Origin: the human T2T-CHM13v2.0 reference genome, Homo sapiens | Reading direction: 5' to 3' (one strand) | DNA: 64,000 bases | Assembly (NCBI RefSeq): GCF_009914755.1 | Contig: NC_060927.1 | Program-made: the position numbers and the translations under genes | Shown here: one piece after another, positions 26,216 through 39,842 of the stretch | How the letters are laid out: each line of letters opens with the position of its first letter | How positions within the stretch are numbered: the stretch's first letter is position 1 | The notes under the pieces: model-generated | What the model was told of the DNA's origin: nothing | The model's input: the letters and a program-made list of their open reading frames with translations, nothing else | The model's database searches: none

Positions 26216-27186
26216 ATTCATGGAATCTAAGGGCATGAATTAACTCAGCTTTTATGATTACACATTTAGAATAGTTCTGCTTGTAGAGAGAGGGCCATGG
26301 AACAAACCCAAGAGTGACCAGAACCACATTTATACAAAGAAGAGTATACATCATTTATAGAAAGAAGCTTATACATCTTTCTTTCAGTGACCTTTTCTGT
26401 CCTCCTGGGACTCTCAGCAGATGGCTTTCTAACACTCAGATGACTAGCATTTCTCTAAAAACTGACATAACCAAACTTATCTTTCTTGGTAGCTGTCCAT
26501 ACAGAAGACCAGCCCCACTTCCACCATCAACAATTACCTGTACTGTGTTCCATTCCCTTGGACCCTATAAGCAATTGGAAAACTGCTCTTATATAGAAAT
26601 ACAAACTCATAAATTCAGGGTGAATAATGACCTTATTTATTGTCCAGCATGAATTGCATTTTCATGATAATAAAACATGCAACATTATGTCAGCTCAGGG
26701 TTGTAAGAATTACGGTAATTTTAGTCCCTGAGGTAAGTCTACTTGGGAAAATGTTTGGGCACATTATACTAAAAATGTCAGACCTAGAAAATTATATACC
26801 AGGACAGTTTGTGCTGATGGGAATAGGAAGGCTGGCCAATAGAGGGAGGCCATCCTCTATAAATTATCTGAAGCCAGTTGGACTCATGTGCTTGTTCTTA
26901 TGATTTTGACAGCTGTGATTACTGTGGCCATCTTTCAACCATAGTTTCTCCTAGATTTTTTGCTTAAGCTTTGGATTTTACATTTCTTGCAAGGCTTACT
27001 TGGTATCTACCTCTGTCCTATGCATAACTCTGCTTTCTTTTCTGGGTAAGGCTTTTCTATGTCATCCATGCTTTCCTGGCATCTAATCCCAGCCCAACCA
27101 CAATTTTGACCCAGCCATCCCCTCTAGGCACTGAAGGTTGTAGTGACTTTACCTCAGTTTGAAGCCTCAAGTAAGAAATACTGGAC

Positions 27187-27593
27187 TGTGTTGTTAAGAC
27201 AGCATAACTAGCTGCTGTAACAAAACCCCAGAGGCTTAATAAACAGTCAGAGTTTATTGCTTATAGACACCTGAGGATAAGGCAGATGTTCCTGGTCAGG
27301 CAACTCTCTCAAAATACAGTGATGCTGGGACCCAGGCTCCTTCTACCTGTGTCTCTGCCATCTTTAACACATGACTTCCTCCATCACTGGGTACATCTGT
27401 ATCAAGACATAGAGAGGGAAAGATAATGGAAGAGTGTACATGGAAGGTTTTATGGGTTAGGTTTTATGGGTTAAGCATGGAGTAATACCGATCACTTCTT
27501 TCGCTGGCCATACCAAATGCAAGGGAGTCTGGGAAATGTAGTATAATTATGTGGCCAGGAAGAAGGGGAAACTTAGCAGCAGTTTCTGCCACA
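27187..27593 (-). mobile_element. MaLR solo LTR (MLT1J/K-like)
   Basis: ctagctgctgtaacaaa...gggacccaggctccttcta...tgcaagggagtctgggaaatgtagt...gtttctgccaca. Confidence 0.75.
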
Positions 27594-27694
27594 TGTAACC
27601 ATTAGGCAGCCATGAATTTATACCCACATTTATGCTTGGTGGGCGGCACCTTTAAGGAAAGGGACAGTAATCAATTATTTATGTAGTAAACAAG

Positions 27695-27930
27695 TACGCA
27701 GAACTTAATATGTTAAAGCTACTACTCTAAGTGCTTTTTAAATAATAATTCATTTAATCCTTGTACCACCCAATAAAGTAAGTACTGTCACTATCCTCAC
27801 TTACAGAAGGGATCAGGATTGCACAGAGTGCTTAAGTAGATTGCTCAAGACAACAGCTCCAGTAAATGGCTGGAGTGAGAATTTGAATCTGGGCATCCTG
27901 ACTTCAGAGTATGTGTTTCATAGCTATGCT
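27695..27930 (-). mobile_element. MIR SINE
   Basis: ctaagtgcttt...ttcatttaatcct...ttaagtagattgctcaagac...gtaaatggc...atttgaatctgggcatcctgacttcagag. Confidence 0.75.
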
Positions 27931-28273
27931 GACTCTTTATCAGTACTGTGACCTTTTATCAGAATGAAACCTTTTTATTCGTAAGAAAATTGGATATTTT
28001 AGTACAGCCCCCTGAGAAAAAACAATATTATCCCCATTTTATAGATTATGTAGTACAGTTCACAGAAGTTAATGGACCTCCCCAAATCACACAACCAGAA
28101 GCAGTAAATTGCCATGGCCTTTGGGAAGAATTCAACTTTGAATTGAATTCGATGTTCCTCAGGCCACATCTGGTTTTTCTGGATGGCGATTTGAGTGTGT
28201 TCCCCTTAGAGACCATTTTGGTGCTACTTTTATAGGCAAAAATGTTTGTATTATATCTAAGGCAAAAGACTCA

Positions 28274-28619
28274 TGTCTTAGTTCATTTGGGCTGCTATAA
28301 CAACGCCATAAACTGGGTGGCTTATGAACAGTAGAAATTTATTTCTCAGAGTTCTGGAGGCTGGAAAGTCCAAGATTAAGGTGCCCGCATATTCAGTGTC
28401 TGATGATGGCCCACTTCCCTGACAGCGGGGTTCTCACTGGTGGAAGGAGCGAGGGTCTTTCTGGGGTCTCTTTTATAAGGCCACTAAAATTATTGAACAA
28501 GGGCTTTGCCCTCATGACCTGGTAATCTCCTGAAGGTCTCACCTCCTAATACCATCACCCTGGAAGCTAGGATTTCAACATATGATTTTTGCAGAGACAC
28601 AAACATTCAGACTATAGCA
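28274..28619 (-). mobile_element. MaLR solo LTR (MLT1A-like)
   Basis: tgtcttagttcatttgggctgctataaca...ttctggaggctggaaagtccaagat...acattcagactatagca; TSD actca/aatca. Confidence 0.9.
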
Positions 28620-28771
28620 AATCATTTAATCCAAGAAGGGAAGAGTAGATATTGTTACCTTCAAAGTATCTTGAGGTCTTAAGTATGGTGTAAATTGACA
28701 GCACAAATACAAAGAATGGTTCTGTGTGGGGTGATGCCAGTGACCACTGGTATTAAGAAGTATAGTAAGCT

Positions 28772-29084
<313 letters not shown>

Positions 29085-31779
29085 TTAGAAAATCCTTCAC
29101 ATGATTCACATTTACTTATTATTGAAAAATAATGCATAAAGCTATTCATGTGACCTTCACACTTCTTTGAGTGAAGGTTACAGAGTATTAAAGAATTATA
29201 TCACAGTGATTTGACCTTTATACTTCATGTTTCAGTTTCTGAAAAATACTTAAAGATCTGCCTTTTAAACTCTTCCCTTGAATTTTCAGATTTTTGTCAG
29301 ATTCATCATAAGACAATGATCCTTTAAAAACATAAAACAAAAAAATTGGGACAGTATCTCTGTTTCAGCCTTTTAATTACATTTAGCAAATAACTGTATA
29401 ACTTTATTCTTTATTTTTGATCTATTGACTTTCTTATTTAAGTATCATGACCATATACCTGATCTCTTTGGATTGCACCATGAGCTTATTAGTGCCTATT
29501 TTATGAATATCATGATTCTAGCATCAGTAACAAATGACTCTGCTTTAAGAAACCTATTTTTCATCTCTAACGCTCTCACTATAAAAAGTGCAATGAATCT
29601 CTAAAAAATAAACCCCAAGGTTTTTGTTAAACTTAGATTTGTAAAATAAAATTTTAAAAGCAAAATAAATAGGAAAGGGATTTTTACCATTCCAACATAA
29701 CCCTTTAGATTTCTGTATATCTGTATAGCTCTCCTTTTGTCTTTATATGTAAAATGCAAATTACAATGCTTACAGATTACTTGGAAATTTATAGATGAAT
29801 TTCATTTACATATGTTATGTAATATATTAACCACATTTCTTGGAAGTAAATGTAACTAGGTTTACTTGGCTTCAGTTTACACATAAAGGAACAGAGGCTC
29901 TGAGATGCACAGTGACGTGTTCCTGCCCCACAGCTCAGACGGGACAGTTGGAGGCCTGTTCTTTTCACAAAGACTGACAGTCTGGTTTTTCCTGACTCTT
30001 TCTGCTGACCAAACACTAATAGGAATATTTCCACTAAAACACTGGCAGTCAGAGTCCGTTAATGAAGGAAGAGCCTTCTACAGGTTCCCAGAAATCTGCT
30101 GGACACTTGACCTTCTTCCTAAACACTTCATTCTCATAATAGTCCTTTGGAGTTCATGTTACTATCCTCCTTTTCATAGCTAAAAAAACCCATAAAATTT
30201 TGAGAGACTATGAGACTTATCCAAGAGTTCATGGTTAATACCATAAAATTTGAATTCAAGCCTCTGTTCTTCTAGATCACAATTCTGTGCTTTAAAAACA
30301 TTTATTTCAAAGTAAAAAGTTATTTTTAAATACTCCGTGTGTGTTTAGACATACCTGTATTACGCTAAACAGTGAATCTTAAGTAAACACCTGTACTGGT
30401 TTGGACAATACATAAAGTGAGGAGAAATTGGTCATCACTCTGGGCTCTGTGTGGTGGTTGTGTGCATTACTGATTGAGTGAATATGTTCGTGTTAATGGT
30501 CATGTTCACCTTCAATCTTTTTTCACTCTTGGTATCTGAGCTCACCTGGTAAGTATGTTCTAATGCTTTCAGATGAGAATATTCCCTTTTGTATTTGGGG
30601 TTGATACACTTAATCTGGTATTTCATAGTTTTCTATACATATTTATTTGTGGAGCTCTGTAATGAGACAATTTGAGGATTTTGTCATAAAGTAGTGATTG
30701 ACTTTTATATGAAAAACAGTTATTTGCCTACAACAGTGAAATCCTGAGGACAAGACCTAGGGAAAATTTGTCACTCAGCCTGAAATTGAACAATTTTCTT
30801 TTCTCTGGTGCTTGGAAACAAATGAGTTTATTTCCTAAAGAAGCCAAACTAACATTTAAGTAAATCTATGCCTTCATATTCATATCTTTATAAAATGGAT
30901 TTACCTGAGTGAGAGAAAGATGAAATCAAGGACCATTTTTTTTTTCTTTCTTGGATTCTGTGTTGTAAGGATGTTAGATTTTATTTACATCTGTGCATTG
31001 ACATAGTGATGAAAAGTGAATCCTAAGTTCTGTCAACAGTTTGGTCCTGAAGTAACAAAATTTAAAAGAAATGAATTGGTTATTTCTGTTTTTTTTAATA
31101 GAACTATATTTGAAAACAACTTTACTTGGAAAAATGTATTCTGTGTGACAGCATATTGTTAGCCTGTTTGCTGTGAGACTGTGTGACTTGGATGCACCCC
31201 AACTTCTCACTCCTGGTCATGGTTGGTTTCTTCTCCCTGGTATTATTTACACATATATTTACTGTCAAGTCACCAAGCGGTCCTCTCTCATGAGGTCCGG
31301 CTCACTGCACTTTCCCCCAGCTGAAGTCTACTTGCCAAAGTTCTGCCTGGCTAGGCTGACCCTGTTCAGCAGCCAGAGGTGGTAACAAGTTGCCAGCTGT
31401 TGGGGCTGTTACTGTGAAGACCAGCAGGAGAAATGCCCTGTGGGCTTGCTAAGGATCCCAGGAGCAGTGGGCTGGGACACCTGCCAGGGTGCTGCTCAAC
31501 AGATTCTCTCTTCATGCATTCACCTCCATTTGAAGCACCGGGCAAGGAGGTGGGCCTTGAGCAAATAGTTATTGAGAAGTGCCCATCTCTCCAAGGCCCT
31601 GCACTCAGTGTTTTTGAGTGAGGATTAGATATAAGATGTGGTATTATGCCCATTTGCCTAATAAAGAAATATTGCTAAATGTTCTACATTTAGCCGTGGA
31701 CAGGGCCAGGATCCAAACCCAGGTCTTCTGACTGAGCACTCTAAAGTCATTAAAAGATAGGATATAATTTTTTTAAAAA

Positions 31780-32066
31780 ATTTAAATAGATAATTTTTTA
31801 TAGAAGTTTTAGGCTCACAGCAAAATTGAGCAGAAAGTAAAGAGTTCCCATGTTCCCCCTGTTCACCCCCATGTGTAGCCCATTATCAACATCCCACACC
31901 TGAGTGGTACATTTGTTAGTTAATGAGGCTACACTGACACATCATTAGCACACAAAGTCCATAGTTTACATTAGGGTTCACGATTGGTGTTGTACAGTCT
32001 ATGTGTTTTGACAAACGTATAATGACATGTACCTACCATTATAGTATCATACAGCATAGTTGCACT
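31780..32066 (-). mobile_element. Old L1 (L1MC1/2-like) 3' end
   Basis: ttttaggctcacagcaaaattgagcagaaagta...aaagtccatagtttacattagggttcac...ccattatagtatcatacag. Confidence 0.85.
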
Positions 32067-32562
32067 AAATTTTTAAATAGCAATGATAAAGGCCTTCTGA
32101 CTCCAAATCTAGTGACTCTTCCTTGTGACTTCAGCTGCCCCAGTAACCCCTGGAGAAGGAAAAGAAGGTCCAGAGATGAGCAGTTGTGGATGGAGCACAA
32201 CAGAGAGGATGTGTGTTCAGGTCTGTGGGTCACACTGGTCTGGTTGCAAGCCTCTAGTATCTTCCAGTTTTTGAATAGTACTATATGTAAAATATCACGT
32301 TATAAATTTTGTGCTAGTCCACAGTGTGAAGTCATTAGATGGTTTTCACAGGGATACCCAAGAGCAAACAAGGAACATGAAAGACAGAGTGTGACACAGA
32401 GGCAGGATAAAATAGGGGTTCTGAGTGCAGGGTCTGGAATGAAAGTGATTCAGTTTGTCTCATGAATTTGCTACACAGCAACTGTGAATCATTAGGCATG
32501 TTGTTCTACTGCTCTGTCCCTCCATGTCTTCATCTGTAAAATGAGAATGATGGTACCTACCT

Positions 32563-32903
32563 ATATCAGTTTGTTAAGGCTGCCACAACAAATGAGCCCA
32601 CCAAACTAGGCTGCTTAAAACTGCAGAAATGTGTTGTCTCACAGATGCATGCTACGCACCCAGTGGGTTTGTGCCAGAACTAAGAAAATCAGGGTAAAGA
32701 GCCCTGCACTTTTCATAGCAAGCAGTAAGGAAGCTGCTTTCTGTCCATAATACACTACTTCACCTCTCAAGACTGCTATTCGGTATAAACAATCCTGAGA
32801 AACGGCCTGGTTAAACAGTGAAAGAGTAAACAGGACCCTGCAATGTTGACCTATTCAGCAAGACACATAAGAGAACAAGAGGCCAGGAACAACTGTTTCC
32901 CAA
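32563..32903 (-). mobile_element. Short MLT1 end joined to an ERVL LTR fragment (LTR41-like)
   Basis: aggctgccacaacaaatg...agaaatgtgttgtctcacag, then tagcaagcagtaag...ctcaagactgct...cctgagaaacggcc...tttcccaa. Confidence 0.5.
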
Positions 32904-32914
32904 GAAGGACTAGA

Positions 32915-33245
32915 TCTCATATGGAGGTTCCAGAAAGGCTTCCTTGAGGAAATTGTATTGGAGAGTGCATTTAAAAAAGGTGAATAGAAGTTATCCAGGC
33001 AAAGAGGAATTTGGAAAAGAAGATCATATGCAGAGGTGAGAGCATGAGCATTGTCAGACTAGGAAATCTTGAGGTCCAGGGAGGCTGGGGGGCATTAAAT
33101 GAGGAGGTGGAGGTGAATGATAAGATTGAACAGGTAAGCAGGGATGGATCACACAGGACCCAGTAGGCTGTATTAAGGGTTTTAATGAGTATACTCAGAT
33201 TTGTGGGAAGCCACTGGAGAGTTTTAAGCAGTAAAGGTGAGACTT
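32915..33245 (-). mobile_element. L2 LINE fragment
   Basis: gaaaggcttccttgaggaa...gaatagaagttatccaggcaaagag...tgggaagccactggagagttttaagcag. Confidence 0.7.
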
Positions 33246-34106
33246 TATTAGAATAATAACAATCTCTTTAGAATTTTGACAATCAAGATGAATTTTCCAC
33301 CTGTAACCATGACTACAAATAAGGCAAAAGCAGCTTACATCATTTATAATACAGTCCATGTTTGTGATAAGTTTCTGATTAGCTAAGAGAGTAGTAGAAA
33401 GTCTCTTCAAATATTGTTAATACAATACAAATCTTTTGTTAATTAATATCTATAATTAGTACTTGAATAAATTATCTTTACAAGTTAGATGTATGATTTT
33501 GATAAGTAAGTTACTTACCAAAGCCATATTTTTCTTCCAAATTATGTGAGCACTTACTATATGCAAGGTACTCTGATAAATCCTGCTAGAATCATTTTGA
33601 GACATCCCATACACTTGAGCATTAATTATATTGTCTTATTTATCTACTTTTATGGAACAAATTATTTATGATAACATATTAGAATATCATCCATTGCCCA
33701 ATGATTACTGTACTTGCAACTTTATCAGCTCCAGTTGTACCTTTTTGTTGTTGCTAAAGGAAATGAAGATAAAAGATTAGCATTAGTCTATCTGTTCTTA
33801 AGTTGGTTTGAATACCTTGAGGCATGGAGTAATCACTTACCTTGCATTTCTCAGAGCCCTCACCAGTCCTGCCTCTGTAGACTAATTACGTTACTGTTCT
33901 GTTTCCTCCATTTGAACAGCTAGTTGTCACAGTTCCTTGAAATGGAGCATAAATATCTGATTTGATTTTGTTTTTTAGTCTGCAGTCACAGTCAAAAACC
34001 TGTTACTGTGTCCTGAACTGAACATGGTAAATCTATTTCCTGAGCATTCCCAAGGATTGTTCAGAGGCAAAAAACTGCTTGAGGTGTGTACCCAAAGAGA
34101 ATATAA

Positions 34107-34508
<402 letters not shown>

Positions 34509-35557
34509 CGGGGGCAGGTCTTTTATTTTATTTTATTTTTTATTTTTGGAATGTAATGCCAAATTATGGCCCAAAATACATAATATTGGCTTTCTCACAT
34601 CCCACTGAGTCTTTTTATAGTCTTAATAATTTGATTATTACAATTTTTTAAGTGTTAGAAAAACAGCCTGAGAGGGTGCTATAATTGATATATATGTAAG
34701 CCTTCAGCATATATTCCTGTAATTAATATATATTAGGTCTTGATAATTTAAATGGCCATTTGTTTTTCATTATCATGCCCAAAATAATTTCTGTGAAAAC
34801 ACAAAATCCAGTCACATTTGGGCAAACTGCTTTGTGTATGTTGCTGCATTTTTTAACCATCAAGTGTGTACAGTCATATCCGTACATCAGCTCTTAAGAA
34901 AGAAAATTCATGTTTTTGGAACAAAACACTGAAGTCACCATCTCAGCATCACATAGCCAATGATGAAGTGTGAAAAAATCACAGCATCTTTGGTAGCAAT
35001 GCTTATAAAACTCACATAGTCCACAGCAGGACCACATTTAAAGATTCAGGGCCTAAATCACATCTTTATTAGTATTTCTCTTAAGTATGGTCCAAGTACT
35101 GTTCCATACAAATTCTCAGGGTTCTTTCTATTCTTGAAGAGCTTGAACCTCTCAATAGTTCCTTACCCCACTACCCTAGAAGAATCTTTTTTCTCACTTC
35201 TGTTGATCTCTTTCTTTATCATTTAGTTCCTCATCCCTTCGTTGCTCTTTTCTTCATGGTCACATACCACATTATATTCTCTCTTCACCACAAAAGCTCC
35301 ATGGACGCTGTATTATTCTCCTGTTGCCTTAAACCCAGAGCGTGGGTCATTGTTCTTCTCAGAGAAGCAGACAAGGATTGGGCAGGAGAAGTTAAACATT
35401 AGTTTCCTGAGTGGTCTTGACAGGTTGGAGGAAGGAGAGAAGGTCATGAATCTCCATGTGTCAGTAATTATCTCTAAAATAAATGGCAGTGTTTACTTCA
35501 AAATTATAGCCAGTCAACTCTTTCTGTGCTTCACAAGAATATTGGAGCCAGGAGGTA

Positions 35558-35954
35558 CGTCTTAGTCCACTTGTGCTATTGTAACAAAAAATCTGAGATT
35601 GGGTAATTTATAAAGAACAGAAATTTATTTCTCATGGTTCTGGAGGCTACAAGACAAAAGATCAAAGCACTGGCAAGTTTGGTGTCCCTTGAGGGCCTGG
35701 TCTCAGCTTCCAAGATGGCATTTGGGATGCTGTATCCTCCTGAGGGGTTCAATGTTGTATCTTCACATGGTGGAAGGCAAAAGGGACAAAGCCTGTGCCC
35801 TCAAGTCCTTTTATAAGCATACTAATCGATTCATGAGGGTGCAGCCCTTATGCTATAATCACTTTCCAAAAGGACCTGTTTGTTAATTCTGTTGAACTTG
35901 GAATTAAGTTTCAACATGAATTGTGGAGGGGGCACGAACATTCAAACCACAGCA
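35558..35954 (-). mobile_element. MaLR solo LTR (MSTC/MSTD/MLT1A-like)
   Basis: gtcttagtccac...gggtaatttataaagaacagaaatttatttctcatggttctggaggct...acattcaaaccacagca; TSD aggta/aagta. Confidence 0.88.
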
Positions 35955-36432
35955 AAGTATACTAGAAACCAAAAGGGAAATTGATGTTCTGATAGATGAA
36001 GTGACCCAAAGAAGCTTGAACATTTATTCAGTTGCAGATCCAGGACTGAACCCAAGCCTCTTGAACCTTTGTTCTTACTATCCTTATGCAATATAGTTGT
36101 CTAAAAAGTCTTCAGTTGTGTGCAGGAACACTAGACTTGAAGGTTGTGTGTGTTCAAGCACAGATAGCTGGCACATCTTTGGCATGATTTAGGGATCATG
36201 AGTATCTCTGATACCAACCCTAGGCTGAACAAACATGTAGTTGACAATTCCTTTCTCACCAGTCCTCATAAATCCTCTAAGGTGAACAGATAGATGAGAA
36301 TCAGCAATGTTAAGTGACCTGTTCCTGGCAACATTGCTGGCTGAAGGATTGAGCCACAACAAATTCCCAGATCACCTGACTTCTGACTTCTGGTCTGTTT
36401 TTCAGTCTTACTGCCATATTCTATCTAGACGT

Positions 36433-36477
36433 ACACACACATACACACACAGACACACACACACACACACACACACA
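36433..36477. repeat. imperfect (CA)n microsatellite
   Basis: AC run with two interruptions. Confidence 0.93.
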
Positions 36478-39400
36478 GAGTTCCTGCTGCATTTCAAATC
36501 ATTGTGTAACATAGAGAGTTGTAAGATCTTGGTATCTTATTTGGGTAGAAAAGACAACATCAGTACCTGAAGGAGGAAATAAAGCAATGATTCATCATTA
36601 AATGAAATTTTTTATCCTTAAAGAATCAGATACGAAGAAATGGCCTCATTTCTAATAAAGAACATTTTCATCCTCTATTAATTTGCTTGAATTGTTTCCA
36701 CCTTTTCTTCTAGTACTGCTCACAGATGGTTAAAAGTCTCCTCAGAAGGAAAGCAAGCATCTGAGTGATCATATTCTTCTTTTTCCTTTTCTTTTGCTGC
36801 TGTATCACTGAGCTTGAAGCAATGAGATCACCTCTGTTTCCTTTCATTGGTGTTATTCAGGTTAGCAGAAAATTCTGCCTCCTTCATCTGTCAGGAGTTT
36901 CAGTCTTTTGCTTTCTTTGAAATCTGACCTCTGAACAAGGCTGTAACATCCAGAAAATAGTAGCTGAATTGATTTATTTCAGATTGTTGCTATGGTGATT
37001 TCCCTACTGATGTAGACAGAAAATGAGGGAGAGAAAAGAGTGTGTTGAAAAGAATGGTGGAGAAAGGGTCAAACCAGGAAAAAGACATGAACTGTGGAAG
37101 GCATTTCTGACCCATCTACCCATGCATAGAGTTAAATGTCTTCTTCTGTTTACTGTTAATTCATCCATAGTGATCACAAACAATCTATTTGCATTTTAAG
37201 AAGCAATGAAATGCTTTTATCACATAGACAGCTAACTGTATCATAAGTAGCCTTAAAATTTCCAGAGATTTTTTTTTCACAGGAATAATGAGTGTGAGTT
37301 GTAAAAAAATGTTTGTGACCAGAAGCATTTTGATTCTTGAAATAGTTTCCCTTTAGTATGCTTTTTTTTTTTTCTAAATATATTTCTTGACATCATAGGA
37401 GAGACTTTTCCGGAGAAAAAGTGAATGTATCCATAAATTTTAATCAATCACTTATTTTTTCATCTCTCCAACTTTCTGTCCATTCTTCCATTCAAAAAAT
37501 ACTTACTGATCCTATATTCCAGGCTCCAGCTATACATTGATACATTCAATGAATATTACTAAATTTAACAAATATGTTTTGGGCATTAAACATGCAAGAA
37601 AACATATAGGTCAAAGTGAGATGCAGAACTGAGTAGAGTCTTTGTCCTCAGAGTGATCATAACCTGGAACAGGATGGAAAATTTAGACCCGCATACATCA
37701 AAATGAAGAACCATTATTATTGTACCATAATTATCGGAGCCAACAAGTAGCTATTTCTTCGAAGGCTACATGAAGTAGATTTGGGGAGAAAACTAAAGGA
37801 CATACAGGATTTTGATAGGTACATTGAAGTAGAATGGAGAGGAAGAGAACCTGTGGGAAGTGCATTCAATTGTGATTGAAAAGGGGCAATTACATTGGCC
37901 TCCTTTACAGATTGAAGATTAACAACATGAGTAGAGACCATCCCACTATTCACTCACATCATTGGCCTTTGAAAGGCAGGAGCTGAACTTGGGACATGGT
38001 GTTAGCTCTAGTTTGAAGATGTGGCAAATTGATGCCATTTGTTTGAGTGGAGGTGAGGGTAAGAAGGCTTTGGAAATAAACATTTGGAGCTGCTCTAAAT
38101 CCAAGTAAAAAAAAAGGAGGCAGTGTAAATACAACAGAATGGAAACCAAGTGGAGTGCAGTCACAGGCACTGTTTTCTAGGCCTTTCTTGCCTCCTGTGC
38201 CCCTTTGAAGCTTACTTTAGATTTCAGCCACATAAAAGAAGAAGGAGAGGGGTATTCCATTCCTTCACTTCACGATGCAAGCTTCTTTTAACCCTGTCTT
38301 TACACGGGATTGGTTGCATAGATGGTGAGGGGCAAGAATCAAGGGTGTGTTCATGTCTCAAGCCTGGCCTTGACACTGTGTTTAACTTCAGACAAGTCAT
38401 TTAACTTCCAGGAACCTTAGATTTCCCATCTGTCAGGGCAAAACAACTTATGAGCTGAAACATTCCATAAGACCACAATATTAGAATTGGAAAGGACCGT
38501 AATAATTTAACATATATTTTCAAATATGTAAATAAAAGCTTCAGAATAAAGGAAATATGATAATTCTCACTTTATTAATTCATCAGCTGTATCTCCTCAC
38601 TGATGAGAACTTTGTGATTCCATCACATATTTCAGCCAAGATTAAATAGTCAAGGGCTGTCAGGTGGGCTCAGCTTCCTAAGACTTCATTACTATTAAAA
38701 ATACACTTTGAAGAATTATAAATAATTAAAATCTATGTCAGTTATTAAAATAAATGAACAACGGCTATATCCCTGTTTTTTACACAGAGGTTTTCAGCAT
38801 CTATGAATTAAGTCACACTGCTCATTGTCTGCCAGGATTTAGCCTTGAGAACATTCTATTCATTTTTCACATTTGTGTAATTTCCTTTTAATATGCCAAT
38901 GTAGAATTTATGCTAATTTTTACTAAAGTCATGCTTTCATATCAAAATGAGGTTCCATTTGAGCTCCTTTAATTTAAGGATGGGAGAATAGACAGAAGCA
39001 TTTGTTTAGTGCAAAGGGAAATGATTTATTTATTTGTTCCTGGAATTCAGGCTGAGATTAAAATACGCATTCAGGCATAAAGACTATCATTTTCAGCAGG
39101 TCGTAAGAAATGTGACCAGCTGATGCTGAGCACTTCCCTTTTCAATCACAGCCTTTGCTTCTCCTCTTCCTCATAACTTCTATCATGAAACAGAATAATA
39201 GGTTACGTTTTCAGATTAAGACAGAAGATATGAGACCTCTGAAGAATAAATATGAACTTCCATGGATATCTGTCTTCTTTCTCAGAACTTTATACTCTCA
39301 ATAGCAGACTGAGCTTGACCTAGATCCTGAAACATCCTGCGAACTGATTGTGACCTTAAGCAAATCTCAGTGAGACCAACAATTTTCTTTCTTTCTGAAG

Positions 39401-39715
39401 AAGGTGTGGTTGGGGGAGGGGAATTAAGAAGATGGAAGTAACAAAATAATTAATATTACAAAGCAATTACTGTTACCGAACTTTTTTATCAATCATCTCA
39501 GTTTATTCCAGGATAACAAATATATGAACTCTGTATGGTCATCTTGTCAACATAATTCATGGTTATCTTGTCTACATAATTTTACATCTGAATCTCTCTT
39601 TGAAACTTACTAAAAGAGGAATGACAAAGTTTTCAAGGATGCTAACTACAGCAAGAGAATCGTGGAATCGTGAATTTGTTTATACATCTTTCTGCTAAGA
39701 TATTCATTTATAAAA

Positions 39716-39842
39716 GTAGTTCTCAATGTGTGGTCCCCAGACCAGCAGCATCAACAGCGCCTAGGCATATGTGCAAAATGCAAATCCTTGGGCCCCACCC
39801 CAGAACTGCTGAATCAGAATCTCTAGGGGTGGAACCCAATAA
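39716..39842. mobile_element. MER5A (hAT-Charlie MITE), partial
   Basis: ttctcaatgtgtggtccccagaccagcagcatca...gggccccaccccaga...ctgaatcagaatctctaggggtgg. Confidence 0.85.
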